A DNA stretch of 64,000 nucleotides from the NCBI GenBank assembly GCA_037142615.1, contig JBAXAI010000003.1, positions 32,001 through 96,000 on the forward strand, given 5' to 3'. The stretch comes from Spirochaetales bacterium (GTDB lineage: Bacteria; Spirochaetota; Spirochaetia; JABEVK01). The translations under genes were made by a program, and so were the position numbers. Positions within the stretch are counted from its first letter, which is position 1. The number at the start of each line of letters is the position of its first letter. Positions 1-9,722 of the stretch are shown piece after piece. The notes below the pieces were generated by a model that searched no databases, was not told the DNA's origin, and saw nothing but the letters and a program-made list of their open reading frames with translations.

Positions 1-304
1 ACAACGCCGGACTGACGCGTTCTATGATCATTTCGAGCGCCTGAACGACCGCCGCGACAATGATGATGTACACGAATAGGTCCAGGTAGATCATGTTGAA
101 CGGGATCAACACGTAGTGCAGGATGGGCCAACTGATGGCCGAGCTGAGCACCAGCACCACGATGACCGCGATGCCCAGGCCGTTGGCCGAGCCGATGTCT
201 TTCGAGATGGCGATGAACGAACAGGTGCCCAAGAAGTTTGCCAGCAGGATGTTCGACGTGAAGATCGACGCGAACAGCAGGGTAATGGGGTCAACGTAAC
301 TCAT
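1..304 (-). CDS. nqrE: NqrE/RnfA-family membrane subunit, truncated by the window edge
   Basis: Read manually from ATG at 304 (ATGA overlap with the upstream stop, GGAGG RBS): MSYVDPITLLFASIFTSNILLANFLGTCSFIAISK; not in the ORF track because it runs off the window. Confidence 0.8.
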   Translation of the reverse strand, partial: MSYVDPITLLFASIFTSNILLANFLGTCSFIAISKDIGSANGLGIAVIVVLVLSSAISWPILHYVLIPFNMIYLDLFVYIIIVAAVVQALEMIIERVSPAL

Positions 305-951
305 TTTGTCCCTCCGGCGGTGGCAGGTTTGGCCGCGGCTTCGATTTTCAGAGCCCGGGTCTTGAACACCCACAAGATGATCGCGACGAGGAAGAAGGCG
401 CTCGGGGCCATGATGGCGATGGTCCAGTTGTTACCCGACGACACGTATTCCGGCGGGAAGATCGGGATATCGGCGATGGTTCCGAAGGCCAGCGGTTCAC
501 GGATGAGCGACATCAGGCCGAGCACAAGCATGTAGCCCAAGCCGCTGGTAAAGCCGTCCCACCAACTGATGAGCGGGGGATTGGCCGGCGCGAAGGTCTC
601 AGTGCGGCCCATGACGATGCAGTTGGTGATGATCAGCCCGACGTACGGCCCCAGCGATCGTGCCACTTCCGGCACGAAGGCGTTCAAAATCAACTGCAGC
701 AACACGACGTAGAACGTGATGGCCAACACCTGGAAGATCATGCGCACGCGACGCGCGATCAGGGTGCGGATCCAGCTCAGCGTGTAGCTGGCAAACCCGG
801 TCACCAGCGATACGCCGATGGTCATGATCAGGGTGTTGGTCACCTTGTTGGTGACCGCGAGGGTCGAGCAGATGCCCAGAACCTGAACCAACACTGGGTT
901 GTTGATGTTCAGGTTTTCGCGGGTGACCTGCTTGAAAGTGGGGGTGCTCAC
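301..951 (-). CDS. nqrD: NqrD/RnfE-family membrane subunit
   Basis: NNPVLVQVLGICSTLAVT and YVGLIITNCIVMGR motifs; multi-TM. Confidence 0.85.
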   Translation of the reverse strand: MSTPTFKQVTRENLNINNPVLVQVLGICSTLAVTNKVTNTLIMTIGVSLVTGFASYTLSWIRTLIARRVRMIFQVLAITFYVVLLQLILNAFVPEVARSLGPYVGLIITNCIVMGRTETFAPANPPLISWWDGFTSGLGYMLVLGLMSLIREPLAFGTIADIPIFPPEYVSSGNNWTIAIMAPSAFFLVAIILWVFKTRALKIEAAAKPATAGGTK

Positions 952-1730
952 TTGCTGCCTCCCTTTTGCTGGATGAAGGCCTTGAGCAGGACCAGGGCCC
1001 TTTGGTTGACGGTGTCTTTGACTGCCGTCGACGAGATGGTCGCGCCGGCGATGGCGTCAAACCCGTTTTCGGCCTTTTGGCCGCTCTGGTTGAAGATCAG
1101 GCCGGTTCCTGCGACGGGCTTGAGCCCCGCAAACTGGCCGGTGAACCAAGGTTCCGCGATGCGTCCGCCCAAGCCAGGGGTTTCGACGTTGAACAGGACC
1201 TGCATGCCGGTCAACTGCGTCTGGTCGGGACTGATGCCGATAGCCAAGGCCACGTTGCCCCACAGGCCGGGACCGGTGAAATCGCCGCCATAGTGCTGCG
1301 CACCTTGAGCATCGGTGTAGATGTAGAAGAAGGCGGGGTAGTTACCGGTGTAACTGTTGTCTTGCAGCGCCTTGCTCACGTCGGCGTCGGTCACCTTGAG
1401 GACGGTCGGCAATTTGGAAGGGTCGGTAGCGATGCTCGCGTAGTCCAAGCCCGCGTATTCGACAATATCCTTGTTGTTGGTGTCTTTGACGTACTTGCCC
1501 ACAGTGAACTTTTCAAGCTTGGCGTAGTCCTGTCGGGCCTGATCGATGTTCTTGGCATCAGCGGGCAGAGCCATCGAGGTCAGCGTCTTGAGAATGTGCT
1601 GGTCGAGCCAGTACGCGTCGGCGATGGGCTTGGTCCCCACGTAGGCCAATGTCAGCGGAAAGACCAAGACAATCGTACAGATGAAGGTGAACGCGATCGT
1701 GAAGACGTGTCCGTCTTTGTTGATTTTCAT
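948..1730 (-). CDS. nqrC: NqrC/RnfG-family FMN-binding subunit
   Basis: N-terminal TM; GPGLWG, ETPGLGGRIAEPWF and DAIAGATISS flavinylation-like motif. Confidence 0.8.
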   Translation of the reverse strand: MKINKDGHVFTIAFTFICTIVLVFPLTLAYVGTKPIADAYWLDQHILKTLTSMALPADAKNIDQARQDYAKLEKFTVGKYVKDTNNKDIVEYAGLDYASIATDPSKLPTVLKVTDADVSKALQDNSYTGNYPAFFYIYTDAQGAQHYGGDFTGPGLWGNVALAIGISPDQTQLTGMQVLFNVETPGLGGRIAEPWFTGQFAGLKPVAGTGLIFNQSGQKAENGFDAIAGATISSTAVKDTVNQRALVLLKAFIQQKGGSK

Positions 1731-3016
1731 TCTTCACCTCCGGCGGAGGCGACTGTGCCCCCTGCTTTGGCGGGCACGGCAGGCTTCTTGGCACCGGCCT
1801 TCTTCTTGTTGGAGGGCATCACTTCGTCAATCAGCGAAGCGAAGGTGTTGGCCGTCAGAATGGCAAAACTCACGCCTTCGGGGAAGCCGGCGAACACGCG
1901 GATGGTGATCGTCAAGCCGCCGATGATGATGCCGTAAAGCCACTGACTCCAGAACTTCTTCGGAGCCGACACGGGGTCGGTGGACATGAACACGGCCGCA
2001 AACAGCAGGGATCCCGCCATCATGAACGACAGGATGTCCATCCATTGGTCCATCGACGTTCCGTGCAGACGGTGGTCGGCAAAGATCGGGAACCGGTGGT
2101 CCATGATGCCGCTGTAATAGAACGCCACGGTAAAGCCCAAAGCGCTGACAATCGTCACCAACATGGGGCGCCAGTTGGCGGTCTTGGTCCACAGCAGGTA
2201 GATGCCTGCGAGGATAATCAGGAAGATGGCGCCTTCGCCCATCGACCCGACGCGGATGCCGAACAACAGGGCCAGCGGGTTATTTTGTTCCAGGGCGACA
2301 TTCCAGCCGAAAATCGACACGGTTTGTTGCCAGTGGTTTTGCTGGGCAATACCTCGCATCACTTCGATGGGGGTAGCCATGGCCACGGCGTCGAGTTCGG
2401 TCAGGCCGTTGGCCTTGTGGTTCAAAAACGGGAACGCGTAGGCAATCGTGACGTAGAACGCCACCGTGATCGCGACCGTCAGAGCGACCGAGATGAGCAG
2501 CGCGTTCGACTTGCGCTGTTTGCTCGTGATGTACCAGAACAGGACAGCGACGAGCACGAGCATGACGACAGCCTCGAGCCAGGTGCTGCCCTGAATCAGC
2601 CGGTTCATCCCACTTCCCAGGCCAAAGTTGCCAGGAAGCATCCAAGTCGTCTGAAGCATCAGCGGGAACGAGATGTAGGCGAACGTGCGACCTGTGATGG
2701 CAGGGTTGTACACGTTGCGGCCAAAGCCACCGTAGACTTCCTTACCAAAGATCACAGCGAACAGAATGCCGACGCCGGCGGCCCAAAAGGGCACTCCAGG
2801 CGGCATCGAAAGGGCGTACAAAGCACAGGAAACCAGCACGGCCTCGCTGACTTTCTTGTTCTTTCCCTTTTCGAACACGTACTCGGCCAAAATGCCAAGT
2901 AAATAAATGAAACCGGTCATGGCGACAACGCGCCAGCCGTAGAGGTAGACCGACCAGATGAAGATCGGTACCAGGGAGTAAAGGACCCGTCTCATGGGAT
3001 CCTGTTTGGTGAACAC
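1727..3016 (-). CDS. nqrB: NqrB/RnfD-family membrane subunit
   Basis: GKEVYGGFGRNVYNPA, GSMGE, FMSTDPVSAP and FPEGVSFAIL motifs; GTG start with GGAGG RBS. Confidence 0.85.
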   Translation of the reverse strand: MFTKQDPMRRVLYSLVPIFIWSVYLYGWRVVAMTGFIYLLGILAEYVFEKGKNKKVSEAVLVSCALYALSMPPGVPFWAAGVGILFAVIFGKEVYGGFGRNVYNPAITGRTFAYISFPLMLQTTWMLPGNFGLGSGMNRLIQGSTWLEAVVMLVLVAVLFWYITSKQRKSNALLISVALTVAITVAFYVTIAYAFPFLNHKANGLTELDAVAMATPIEVMRGIAQQNHWQQTVSIFGWNVALEQNNPLALLFGIRVGSMGEGAIFLIILAGIYLLWTKTANWRPMLVTIVSALGFTVAFYYSGIMDHRFPIFADHRLHGTSMDQWMDILSFMMAGSLLFAAVFMSTDPVSAPKKFWSQWLYGIIIGGLTITIRVFAGFPEGVSFAILTANTFASLIDEVMPSNKKKAGAKKPAVPAKAGGTVASAGGEE

Positions 3017-3223
3017 TCTTCCCTCCTTGTGCCTCGAACAACGCTGCCGCCGATTTTAGCCCAGCGACTACTTTGTGTGCAACCGGAATATGATAAAAAA
3101 AGTCACGAATAACTGCCCGCCGGGACCGGTGCGATCCAAGTTGGGCAAAAAAAAGTCTAAGGGAGAGGTTTACCGTTTGCAAGCGAATCCCGTGGACCCT
3201 AGAATGAGATTAAGAGGTCCTGC

Positions 3224-5272
3224 ATGGCTGGCGAACGCATACTGATCGTGGAAGACGAAGCCGTGATTGTTTTTGACCTCCAGCGACGGCTCAAGAGCTT
3301 TGGTTACACCGTGTTGGGACCGTGCTCCAGTGGAGCCGAAGCCCTCGCCGTTTGCGAAGCAGACAAGCCCGAACTGGTACTGATGGACATCAGCATCGAG
3401 GGCCCCATGGACGGCATCGAGACAGGCCGCCGCATACTGGAACAGTTCCGTATCCCGTCGATCTTCCTGACGGCCTATTCCGACGACAAGACCTTTGAAA
3501 GGGCCAAGACGGCCGATCCGCTGGCCTACCTGATAAAACCGTACAAAGAACGCGAGCTGTTCACCACGATCAACATCGCCCTGTTCAAAACCCGCGCCGA
3601 CGCCAAGATCCGCGACCAGGAACGGTGGCTGTCGGCCATTTTGAACAGCGTGAGCGATGCGCTGATCGCGTTCACGCCACAACTCGAGATCCACTATGCG
3701 AACCCCTCGGCAGCAGCCCTGCTCGGAATTTCTCCCGAGGAGCTCGTGGGCCGACCGCAAGCCGAGGTCTTTTCGCTGCTCGATGAAGAGACCCTGATTC
3801 CGCTGCAACTGCTGGAACAGACGCAGGACCGCGAGGAGAGTTTGTTTTTCCGCCGCTGTCTGCTCCAAGCGTCCGACGGGTCGTCGTACCACGTGGAAGG
3901 CAGCCTCTCGAAGGTGCACTTTGCCAAAATGCCGGTGGGACTCGTGCTCACACTCCGTGACGTGTCGCCACTGCGCAAATTGAGCGAAAAGCTGGAGTTT
4001 CAGTCCAAACACGACGCCCTCACCGGCCTGACGGGACGCAAGGAGTTCACCGCGCTCTTGGCCGACGTGTACCTGAACAAGGTCAAGGCCGGAACAAGCT
4101 GCTACATGCTTTACCTCGATCTCGACCAGTTCAAGTTGGTCAACGATACCAGCGGGCATCTGGCGGGCGACGAGTTGCTGCGGCAGGTGGCCGAGCTGCT
4201 CAAGGCGCAGCGCGACCAGCAATTGACCGCCCTTTCGAGACTGGGCGGCGACGAGTTCGCGCTCGTGTTCGAGGACTGCAACCAGGAACAAGCCCTCGAA
4301 AAGGCCTGGGTGATCAAACACGCCATGGGCAGCCACGAGTTCGTCTGGAAGCAGACGCGCTTCAAAATCAAGGCCAGCATGGGCCTGATCCCGCTGTCGG
4401 GGCCCTACGACGACGTGAAAAGCCTTTTGGCGGCGGCCGACGACGCGTGCTACCTGGCCAAGGAAGAAGGCGGAAACCGGATCCGCCTCTATTCGAGCGA
4501 GGAAGACGTGTTCCAGAAGCGCCGGGGCGAGATGGCGTGGATTTCGCGCCTTCAGCACAGCCTCGAAAACGATCGGTTTGTGTTGTACCACCAGCCCATC
4601 CGGCCGCTTTCGCCTACTTCGGGGTTGCGCCCCAAGACCGAGGTGCTGTTGCGTCTTCGCGGCGAAGACGGGCGCATCATTCCGCCGTCGGAGTTCATTC
4701 CTGCCGCGGAACGGTACAACCTGATGCCGCAGATCGACCGCTGGGTGGTGAGCCATGCGATGGCGCAGTGGGAACGGTTCCAAGCAACCCAGACCGATAA
4801 GCCCTTGATGTGCCTCAATTTGAGTGGTGAATCGATCGCCGACCCCAACTTGGTGAGCTTCATCAAGAACGAGCTGAAGAAGAACCACCTCGACCCGGCC
4901 GATTTTTGTTTTGAGATTACCGAGACGGCCGCCATCGCCACGCTTTCGCAGGCCGTGGAACTGATCACCGACCTCAAGGCCATCGGTTGCCGGTTTGCCC
5001 TCGACGACTTTGGCAGCGGCTTCTCGTCGTTTGGCTACCTGCGCAGCCTTCCTGTGGACGATCTGAAGATCGACGGGGCCTTCGTGAAGACGGTCGACAC
5101 CGACGAGGTGAACTACGCCTTTGTCGAAGGCATTCAGAAAATCAGCCGCGTGATGGGCCTGCACACCATCGGCGAGTTTGCCGCCTCGCAGGCCATTCTC
5201 GACACTCTGATCGCGATCGGCGTTGACTACGGCCAAGGTTACGCCCTGGCCAAACCCGAACCTATGCTTTGA
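3224..5272 (+). CDS. Response regulator with REC-PAS-GGDEF-EAL domains (c-di-GMP cyclase/phosphodiesterase)
   Basis: ILIVEDE/LMDI receiver domain; HDALTGL...RLGGDEF; EVLLRL, DDFGSGFSS, LKIDGAFV, YGQGY. Confidence 0.93.
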   Translation: MAGERILIVEDEAVIVFDLQRRLKSFGYTVLGPCSSGAEALAVCEADKPELVLMDISIEGPMDGIETGRRILEQFRIPSIFLTAYSDDKTFERAKTADPLAYLIKPYKERELFTTINIALFKTRADAKIRDQERWLSAILNSVSDALIAFTPQLEIHYANPSAAALLGISPEELVGRPQAEVFSLLDEETLIPLQLLEQTQDREESLFFRRCLLQASDGSSYHVEGSLSKVHFAKMPVGLVLTLRDVSPLRKLSEKLEFQSKHDALTGLTGRKEFTALLADVYLNKVKAGTSCYMLYLDLDQFKLVNDTSGHLAGDELLRQVAELLKAQRDQQLTALSRLGGDEFALVFEDCNQEQALEKAWVIKHAMGSHEFVWKQTRFKIKASMGLIPLSGPYDDVKSLLAAADDACYLAKEEGGNRIRLYSSEEDVFQKRRGEMAWISRLQHSLENDRFVLYHQPIRPLSPTSGLRPKTEVLLRLRGEDGRIIPPSEFIPAAERYNLMPQIDRWVVSHAMAQWERFQATQTDKPLMCLNLSGESIADPNLVSFIKNELKKNHLDPADFCFEITETAAIATLSQAVELITDLKAIGCRFALDDFGSGFSSFGYLRSLPVDDLKIDGAFVKTVDTDEVNYAFVEGIQKISRVMGLHTIGEFAASQAILDTLIAIGVDYGQGYALAKPEPML

Positions 5273-5987
5273 GTGGCTGACGCCCGATGGCGTCTTCCCA
5301 GCGAACCAGGAACGCCTGGCGGGGAAGAACTTTGGCGCCGAGGTCGAGTTTGTACTTCATGTAGGGGTGCCCCAAGTTCCAGAACGCATAGCCGGCGTCG
5401 CGCAGGTGCTGGGCCCAGAGCACGAGCTGGAACTTGCCGGCGTTGTTCCACCGGCGGTCGGCCCGGTCAAAAAAGCCGGTCAAGCTGGTGTAGGTGGCTC
5501 CGGCAACGTAGCCTACCTCGCCGGCGACGAGTTGGCCCTCGGCGCTGCGCAGTTCCACGCTCAGCACTTGGAACTCCGGCTGGGGGTCGGCGGCAAGCTG
5601 CAGCAAGACGCGCCGGTATTCGGGGCAAAGCCACGACCGTTGGTGGTAGGCCGCGATGGCGTCGAGCAAGGGCTCCAGACGGGTCGAGGTGGTCAGGCGG
5701 GGGCATTCGTCCACGGGTCCGGAGAGGAACTTTTTGGAGCCGCGATCCACGACAAGGTTGGCCCAGTCGAGCACGGCGTAGTCCGTTTGAAGTTCCGGTA
5801 GCAGCAGGAAGGGGGGGTCGGAGTACTCCACTGCCGTGCTGATGAAGCCAGCGAGAGCCAGCTTGCGGTACCAGGCTGGACTCCAGTCGTGGCTCCAATA
5901 GTGGGTCTGCCCGGAATCGGCGACCAGGGACCGCCAGGCCGACCCGACCAGATCCGCCGGAGTCACCCGGTAGATCTGGCGGCTCAT
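5262..5987 (-). CDS. Leucyl/phenylalanyl-tRNA-protein transferase-like (Aat-like, GNAT fold) protein
   Basis: LVAGEVGYVAGATYTSLTGFF and GKFQL...WNLGHPYMKYK resemble the L/F-transferase C-terminal domain; start taken at ATG 5987. Confidence 0.6.
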   Translation of the reverse strand: MSRQIYRVTPADLVGSAWRSLVADSGQTHYWSHDWSPAWYRKLALAGFISTAVEYSDPPFLLLPELQTDYAVLDWANLVVDRGSKKFLSGPVDECPRLTTSTRLEPLLDAIAAYHQRSWLCPEYRRVLLQLAADPQPEFQVLSVELRSAEGQLVAGEVGYVAGATYTSLTGFFDRADRRWNNAGKFQLVLWAQHLRDAGYAFWNLGHPYMKYKLDLGAKVLPRQAFLVRWEDAIGRQPLKA

Positions 5988-6133
5988 CGGAACGAATCCA
6001 GCACGTTGGCGCCCAGTCGGAAGGCCAGCGAAATGAGCAAGGTAAGACCCAGAAGTCGATTCATGGCCCCCAGTGTCCCGGGTTGTTCCCTGTTTAGTCA
6101 AGACTTGCTAGGATACGGGGCGAAGGAGGAGTC

Positions 6134-7558
6134 ATGCAAAAGGCCGTTCTCAAGTTCGGGGGTTCCAACCTCCGGCGCCCCGAAGACATCGACCGCATTG
6201 TGCAGGTGGTGCGACTCTACGACCAACCCGTTGTTCTGGTCGTGTCAGCGTTCTACGGTATCACCAACGAACTCGTCGCCTGCGTGGCCGCAGCCCGCCA
6301 GGGAGCCGGCCAAGCCTCCGCGCTGGCCGAGACGCGCCAGTTCACCACCCGCCTGCGCGCCCTCCACGAGGAGATCCTAGACGCGAACTTGGGCCCGGAA
6401 AAGGCCCCGCCCGAGACCCGTGAGCGGGTCTCGAGGGCGCTCGCAGAGCGCCAAGACCAGCTGGAACGCTACCTGACCGGCGTTCACTACATCGGCGACG
6501 TGCCCGACTTTGTCAACGACGCCATCCTCAGCTTTGGTGAGCGCCTTTCGAGCCTGTTGCTGACCGAGGTGCTTCGCTCGCGGAGTCTCGAAGCGCGCGA
6601 GGTTCTGCCAGAGGCGCTGGGCCTTCGCACCGACGGGGTGTTCGGCAGGGCGGCGTGCGATTTTGCCGCCAGCCGGGAGTCGGTCCGCGCCGGCTTGGAA
6701 GGCCCCGGCCTGCTGGTGGTGCCGGGCTTTTACGGCGTCGACGCCGCCGGCAAGGTGACACTGTTCGGCCGGGGTGGGTCGGACTACTCGGCCGCCTCGA
6801 TCGCGCGTTGTATCGCGGCCTCGTCGCTCGATGTGTGGAAGGACGTGGATGGCTTTTTGAGTGCCGACCCGGGAGCGGTGGCCAAACCGCATTCTCTGGC
6901 GCACCTGCACTACCTCGAGGCCGCCGAATTGTCGTACTTCGGCGCCAAGATACTCCACCCGCGCACGGTCGAGCCGCTTTTCGACCAGAACATTCCCATC
7001 CGAATCTTCAACATCACGCGGCCCGAGCGCGGCCTGGAACCCTACACCGTGATCGATGGCACCCGCCGGGTGACCCAGGAGGTCGTCAAGAGCGTGGCTT
7101 CGAGCGATGATGTGGCCATCGTGAAGCTTCATGGGCCCGGCGTCGGCTTCCAGGCGGGAATCTTGGCCCGCGTGACAGGAACACTCGACCGGTTGGGCAT
7201 CAACATCAAAAGTGTTCTGACAGCCCAAACGGCGATCAACCTGCTGCTGGCCCGCGATGATCTGGGCCCGGCCCTGCAGGCGTTGCAGGAGCATCATCTG
7301 GCGGGCGTGGTGGAAGTGACCTCGAACGCCGAAGTGTCGATTCTGGCAGTGGTGGGTGACGGCCTCGTCGGTGGCTCAGTCGTGGGAGGAGGCGTGCCCA
7401 GCCGCGCGCTGTCGGCCGTGCTTGCGGGCGGAGTCCGCGTCACGCTGTCGGCTGCGGGGGCCAGCGAAGTGGCCTGCTACCTGCTGGTGCACCGCGACGA
7501 CCGCAAGAAAGCCCTCGCCCTCATCCACGCCGAGTTCTTCGGCCATGAGAGGACATGA
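6134..7558 (+). CDS. lysC: Aspartate kinase with ACT domains
   Basis: VLKFGGS, SFGERLS, FGRGGSDYSA, WKDVDG, EAAELSYFGAKILHPRT. Confidence 0.92.
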   Translation: MQKAVLKFGGSNLRRPEDIDRIVQVVRLYDQPVVLVVSAFYGITNELVACVAAARQGAGQASALAETRQFTTRLRALHEEILDANLGPEKAPPETRERVSRALAERQDQLERYLTGVHYIGDVPDFVNDAILSFGERLSSLLLTEVLRSRSLEAREVLPEALGLRTDGVFGRAACDFAASRESVRAGLEGPGLLVVPGFYGVDAAGKVTLFGRGGSDYSAASIARCIAASSLDVWKDVDGFLSADPGAVAKPHSLAHLHYLEAAELSYFGAKILHPRTVEPLFDQNIPIRIFNITRPERGLEPYTVIDGTRRVTQEVVKSVASSDDVAIVKLHGPGVGFQAGILARVTGTLDRLGINIKSVLTAQTAINLLLARDDLGPALQALQEHHLAGVVEVTSNAEVSILAVVGDGLVGGSVVGGGVPSRALSAVLAGGVRVTLSAAGASEVACYLLVHRDDRKKALALIHAEFFGHERT

Positions 7559-7564
7559 CGGGGC

Positions 7565-9649
7565 TTACATTTCTACAAAGACCAAGTCATTGCGCTCGGG
7601 GTAAATCGTCGGCGCGATGGTGCTGGTGATCCGTAGAATGATGTCTTCACCCGAGGTGGCGACGATCTCGGCTTCGGCGATGGGGATGCGGTCGCCGGTG
7701 GCCAAAATACGGCTGATGAACACGCGCTTCACCTTGAAGGTCTCGAAGCGGCTCGCTTTTCGCACCGTGACGTTCGGGGTGGCGACGCTGATCACCGAGC
7801 CCAGCGCTTTGGGGATCACCTTTCCGTTTCGGTCCTTGAGGGTGCTGCTGGTCACCTGGTCGATCTCTTTGATCAGCGAGGTCATCAGCGCGGTGGTATC
7901 TTCCTTGGCGTTGCTGGCCCGCGCGAGCAGCCGCACCTGTTCGTCGGCGATCTTTCCTTGGGTGGTGGTCATGAAGGCCAGCAACTCGTCCTGGGCCATC
8001 GCCTTGACGCGAGCGGTCTCGACCTCGATCAGACTTTCGATCAGCGAGTTCATGTACACCGCGTAGTCCGGGAACAGCGATGAGGCCGTGTCGCCGTTCT
8101 TCAGCACTCCCACGAGCGACTGAATGTTGGCCCGCAGTTGCTGCCGGTCGGCGCTGGCCGGAGCTTTTCGCAGGGCCGTGGCCTGCACCTGGTAGTCCTT
8201 GCCTATCTGCGCCACCTTGTCGAGCTGAGCGACGAGCTTGTCGTGGTCGAGCTGCATCTGCGCGATACGGTCGGTGGCCTTTTGGAGCAAGCCCTGCGAG
8301 TCTTGGCCCTGCAAAATGAGCTTCTGCAGGTCGGCCATGCGCCCCGGCAAGGTGTCGACCGTGCTCGAAGTGCTCAGCTGCGGGTCGAAGGTCCGGTACA
8401 GCGCGTCGAAAGAATTGATGACGCTGCTGATCTGCGCCGCCGATTGCGCGCTGCCCGACTGCCCCGAGGCCTTGAGGGTCTCAATTTCGGCGGTCTGTTT
8501 TTGCACCAGCACCTGGAAGTCCTGAACCTTGGCCGCGACAGCCTGCAATTGCTGGATTCGTATCGGGATGCTCTCGAGCGTGGCAGCCGTGAGGTTGCCC
8601 GACGACCCCGGCGACACCCCGGCCATCGGAGTCCCCAACGTGGCGTTGAACGACTTGAGCAGGGCGTCGAGCTGTGAGGCCGCCTGTTGGTTGAGCGTCT
8701 CGAGGCTGGCCAACCGGTCGCCCTGGGTTTTCAGCTGGGCGTTGGATTCCTGCAACTGGACGACTTGCTGACGAATCAGGTCCTGCAGCTTCTTCGTGTC
8801 GTCGGTATTGGCTGCTACCGGGAGCCCGGCGTCGACGGGCCAACCCGACTTGGCCGCCGCGACCAGGGTTTCGAGGCTTGTCAGCAGCGACGCCTGGGCT
8901 TGTGCGCCCGTCTTGTCGGTGTCGGTGACCTTGAGGGCGTATTCGCCGACAAACTGTTTCAGGCGGGCGATTTCGCTTTGCGCGGTATCCCACTTCTTTT
9001 TGCTCAGCTGATCGCTGATGGTGCCCAGCGACGAATGCAGGTTCTGGTCGTAGATCTTGCGGAGTTCCTGCTGGTTCATCAGGTCCTGGAGCGCGTTGTC
9101 GGCTGCCGAGGGTGCCGAGCCCTGAGCTTGCTCCAAGTTCTGGGTCTGGGTTTTGACCTGGGCGGTGAGCGCTTCGCGGTCCTGAAGGGCCTTGGCGAGG
9201 TTGGACTGCAGTTGGGTGCGGCGGTCAGTCAGCGTTTTGCGCTCCACCACTTTGTCGAGGCCGAGCTTGGAGAGTTGGGACTCAATGTCGGTGAGCTCGC
9301 TTTCAATGCCGGCGATTTCTTTGTTCTTGGCGGCCAACGAGTTTTCCGCCTCTTTCAGCAGGGCCGAAATGATGTCAGCACCGCTGGTAGCGGCCGTCGC
9401 GGCCTGAAGCACGTAAGCTTCCTGCGCCGCCGAATACCAGAACCACAGCCCGCTGCCGACGGCGAGCAGAAAAAGCACGGCCCCCGCGTTGAGCAGCAAA
9501 GGAAACGTTCGGCCCGACGATTTGGGCGCAAACTTGGCGCCGCCGGCGCGGAGGGCCTCGCGTTCTTTGGCAATGAGCCCAGAGATTTCGTTCAGGACGA
9601 GGGCTTCGTCGTCGAGAGAAGCGATTTTTTCGAGCGACGTGTCAGACAT
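7565..9649 (-). CDS. Hypothetical membrane-anchored long coiled-coil protein
   Basis: One TM near residues 50-72 followed by Q/L/A-rich heptad regions; typical codon usage. Confidence 0.7.
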   Translation of the reverse strand: MSDTSLEKIASLDDEALVLNEISGLIAKEREALRAGGAKFAPKSSGRTFPLLLNAGAVLFLLAVGSGLWFWYSAAQEAYVLQAATAATSGADIISALLKEAENSLAAKNKEIAGIESELTDIESQLSKLGLDKVVERKTLTDRRTQLQSNLAKALQDREALTAQVKTQTQNLEQAQGSAPSAADNALQDLMNQQELRKIYDQNLHSSLGTISDQLSKKKWDTAQSEIARLKQFVGEYALKVTDTDKTGAQAQASLLTSLETLVAAAKSGWPVDAGLPVAANTDDTKKLQDLIRQQVVQLQESNAQLKTQGDRLASLETLNQQAASQLDALLKSFNATLGTPMAGVSPGSSGNLTAATLESIPIRIQQLQAVAAKVQDFQVLVQKQTAEIETLKASGQSGSAQSAAQISSVINSFDALYRTFDPQLSTSSTVDTLPGRMADLQKLILQGQDSQGLLQKATDRIAQMQLDHDKLVAQLDKVAQIGKDYQVQATALRKAPASADRQQLRANIQSLVGVLKNGDTASSLFPDYAVYMNSLIESLIEVETARVKAMAQDELLAFMTTTQGKIADEQVRLLARASNAKEDTTALMTSLIKEIDQVTSSTLKDRNGKVIPKALGSVISVATPNVTVRKASRFETFKVKRVFISRILATGDRIPIAEAEIVATSGEDIILRITSTIAPTIYPERNDLVFVEM

Positions 9650-9722
9650 GCCAAACGAACTTTAGGGATTTTGAGGTGGATTTGCAAGCAACCTTCCCGT
9701 AATCTGGAACCAGAGTGCCCCA

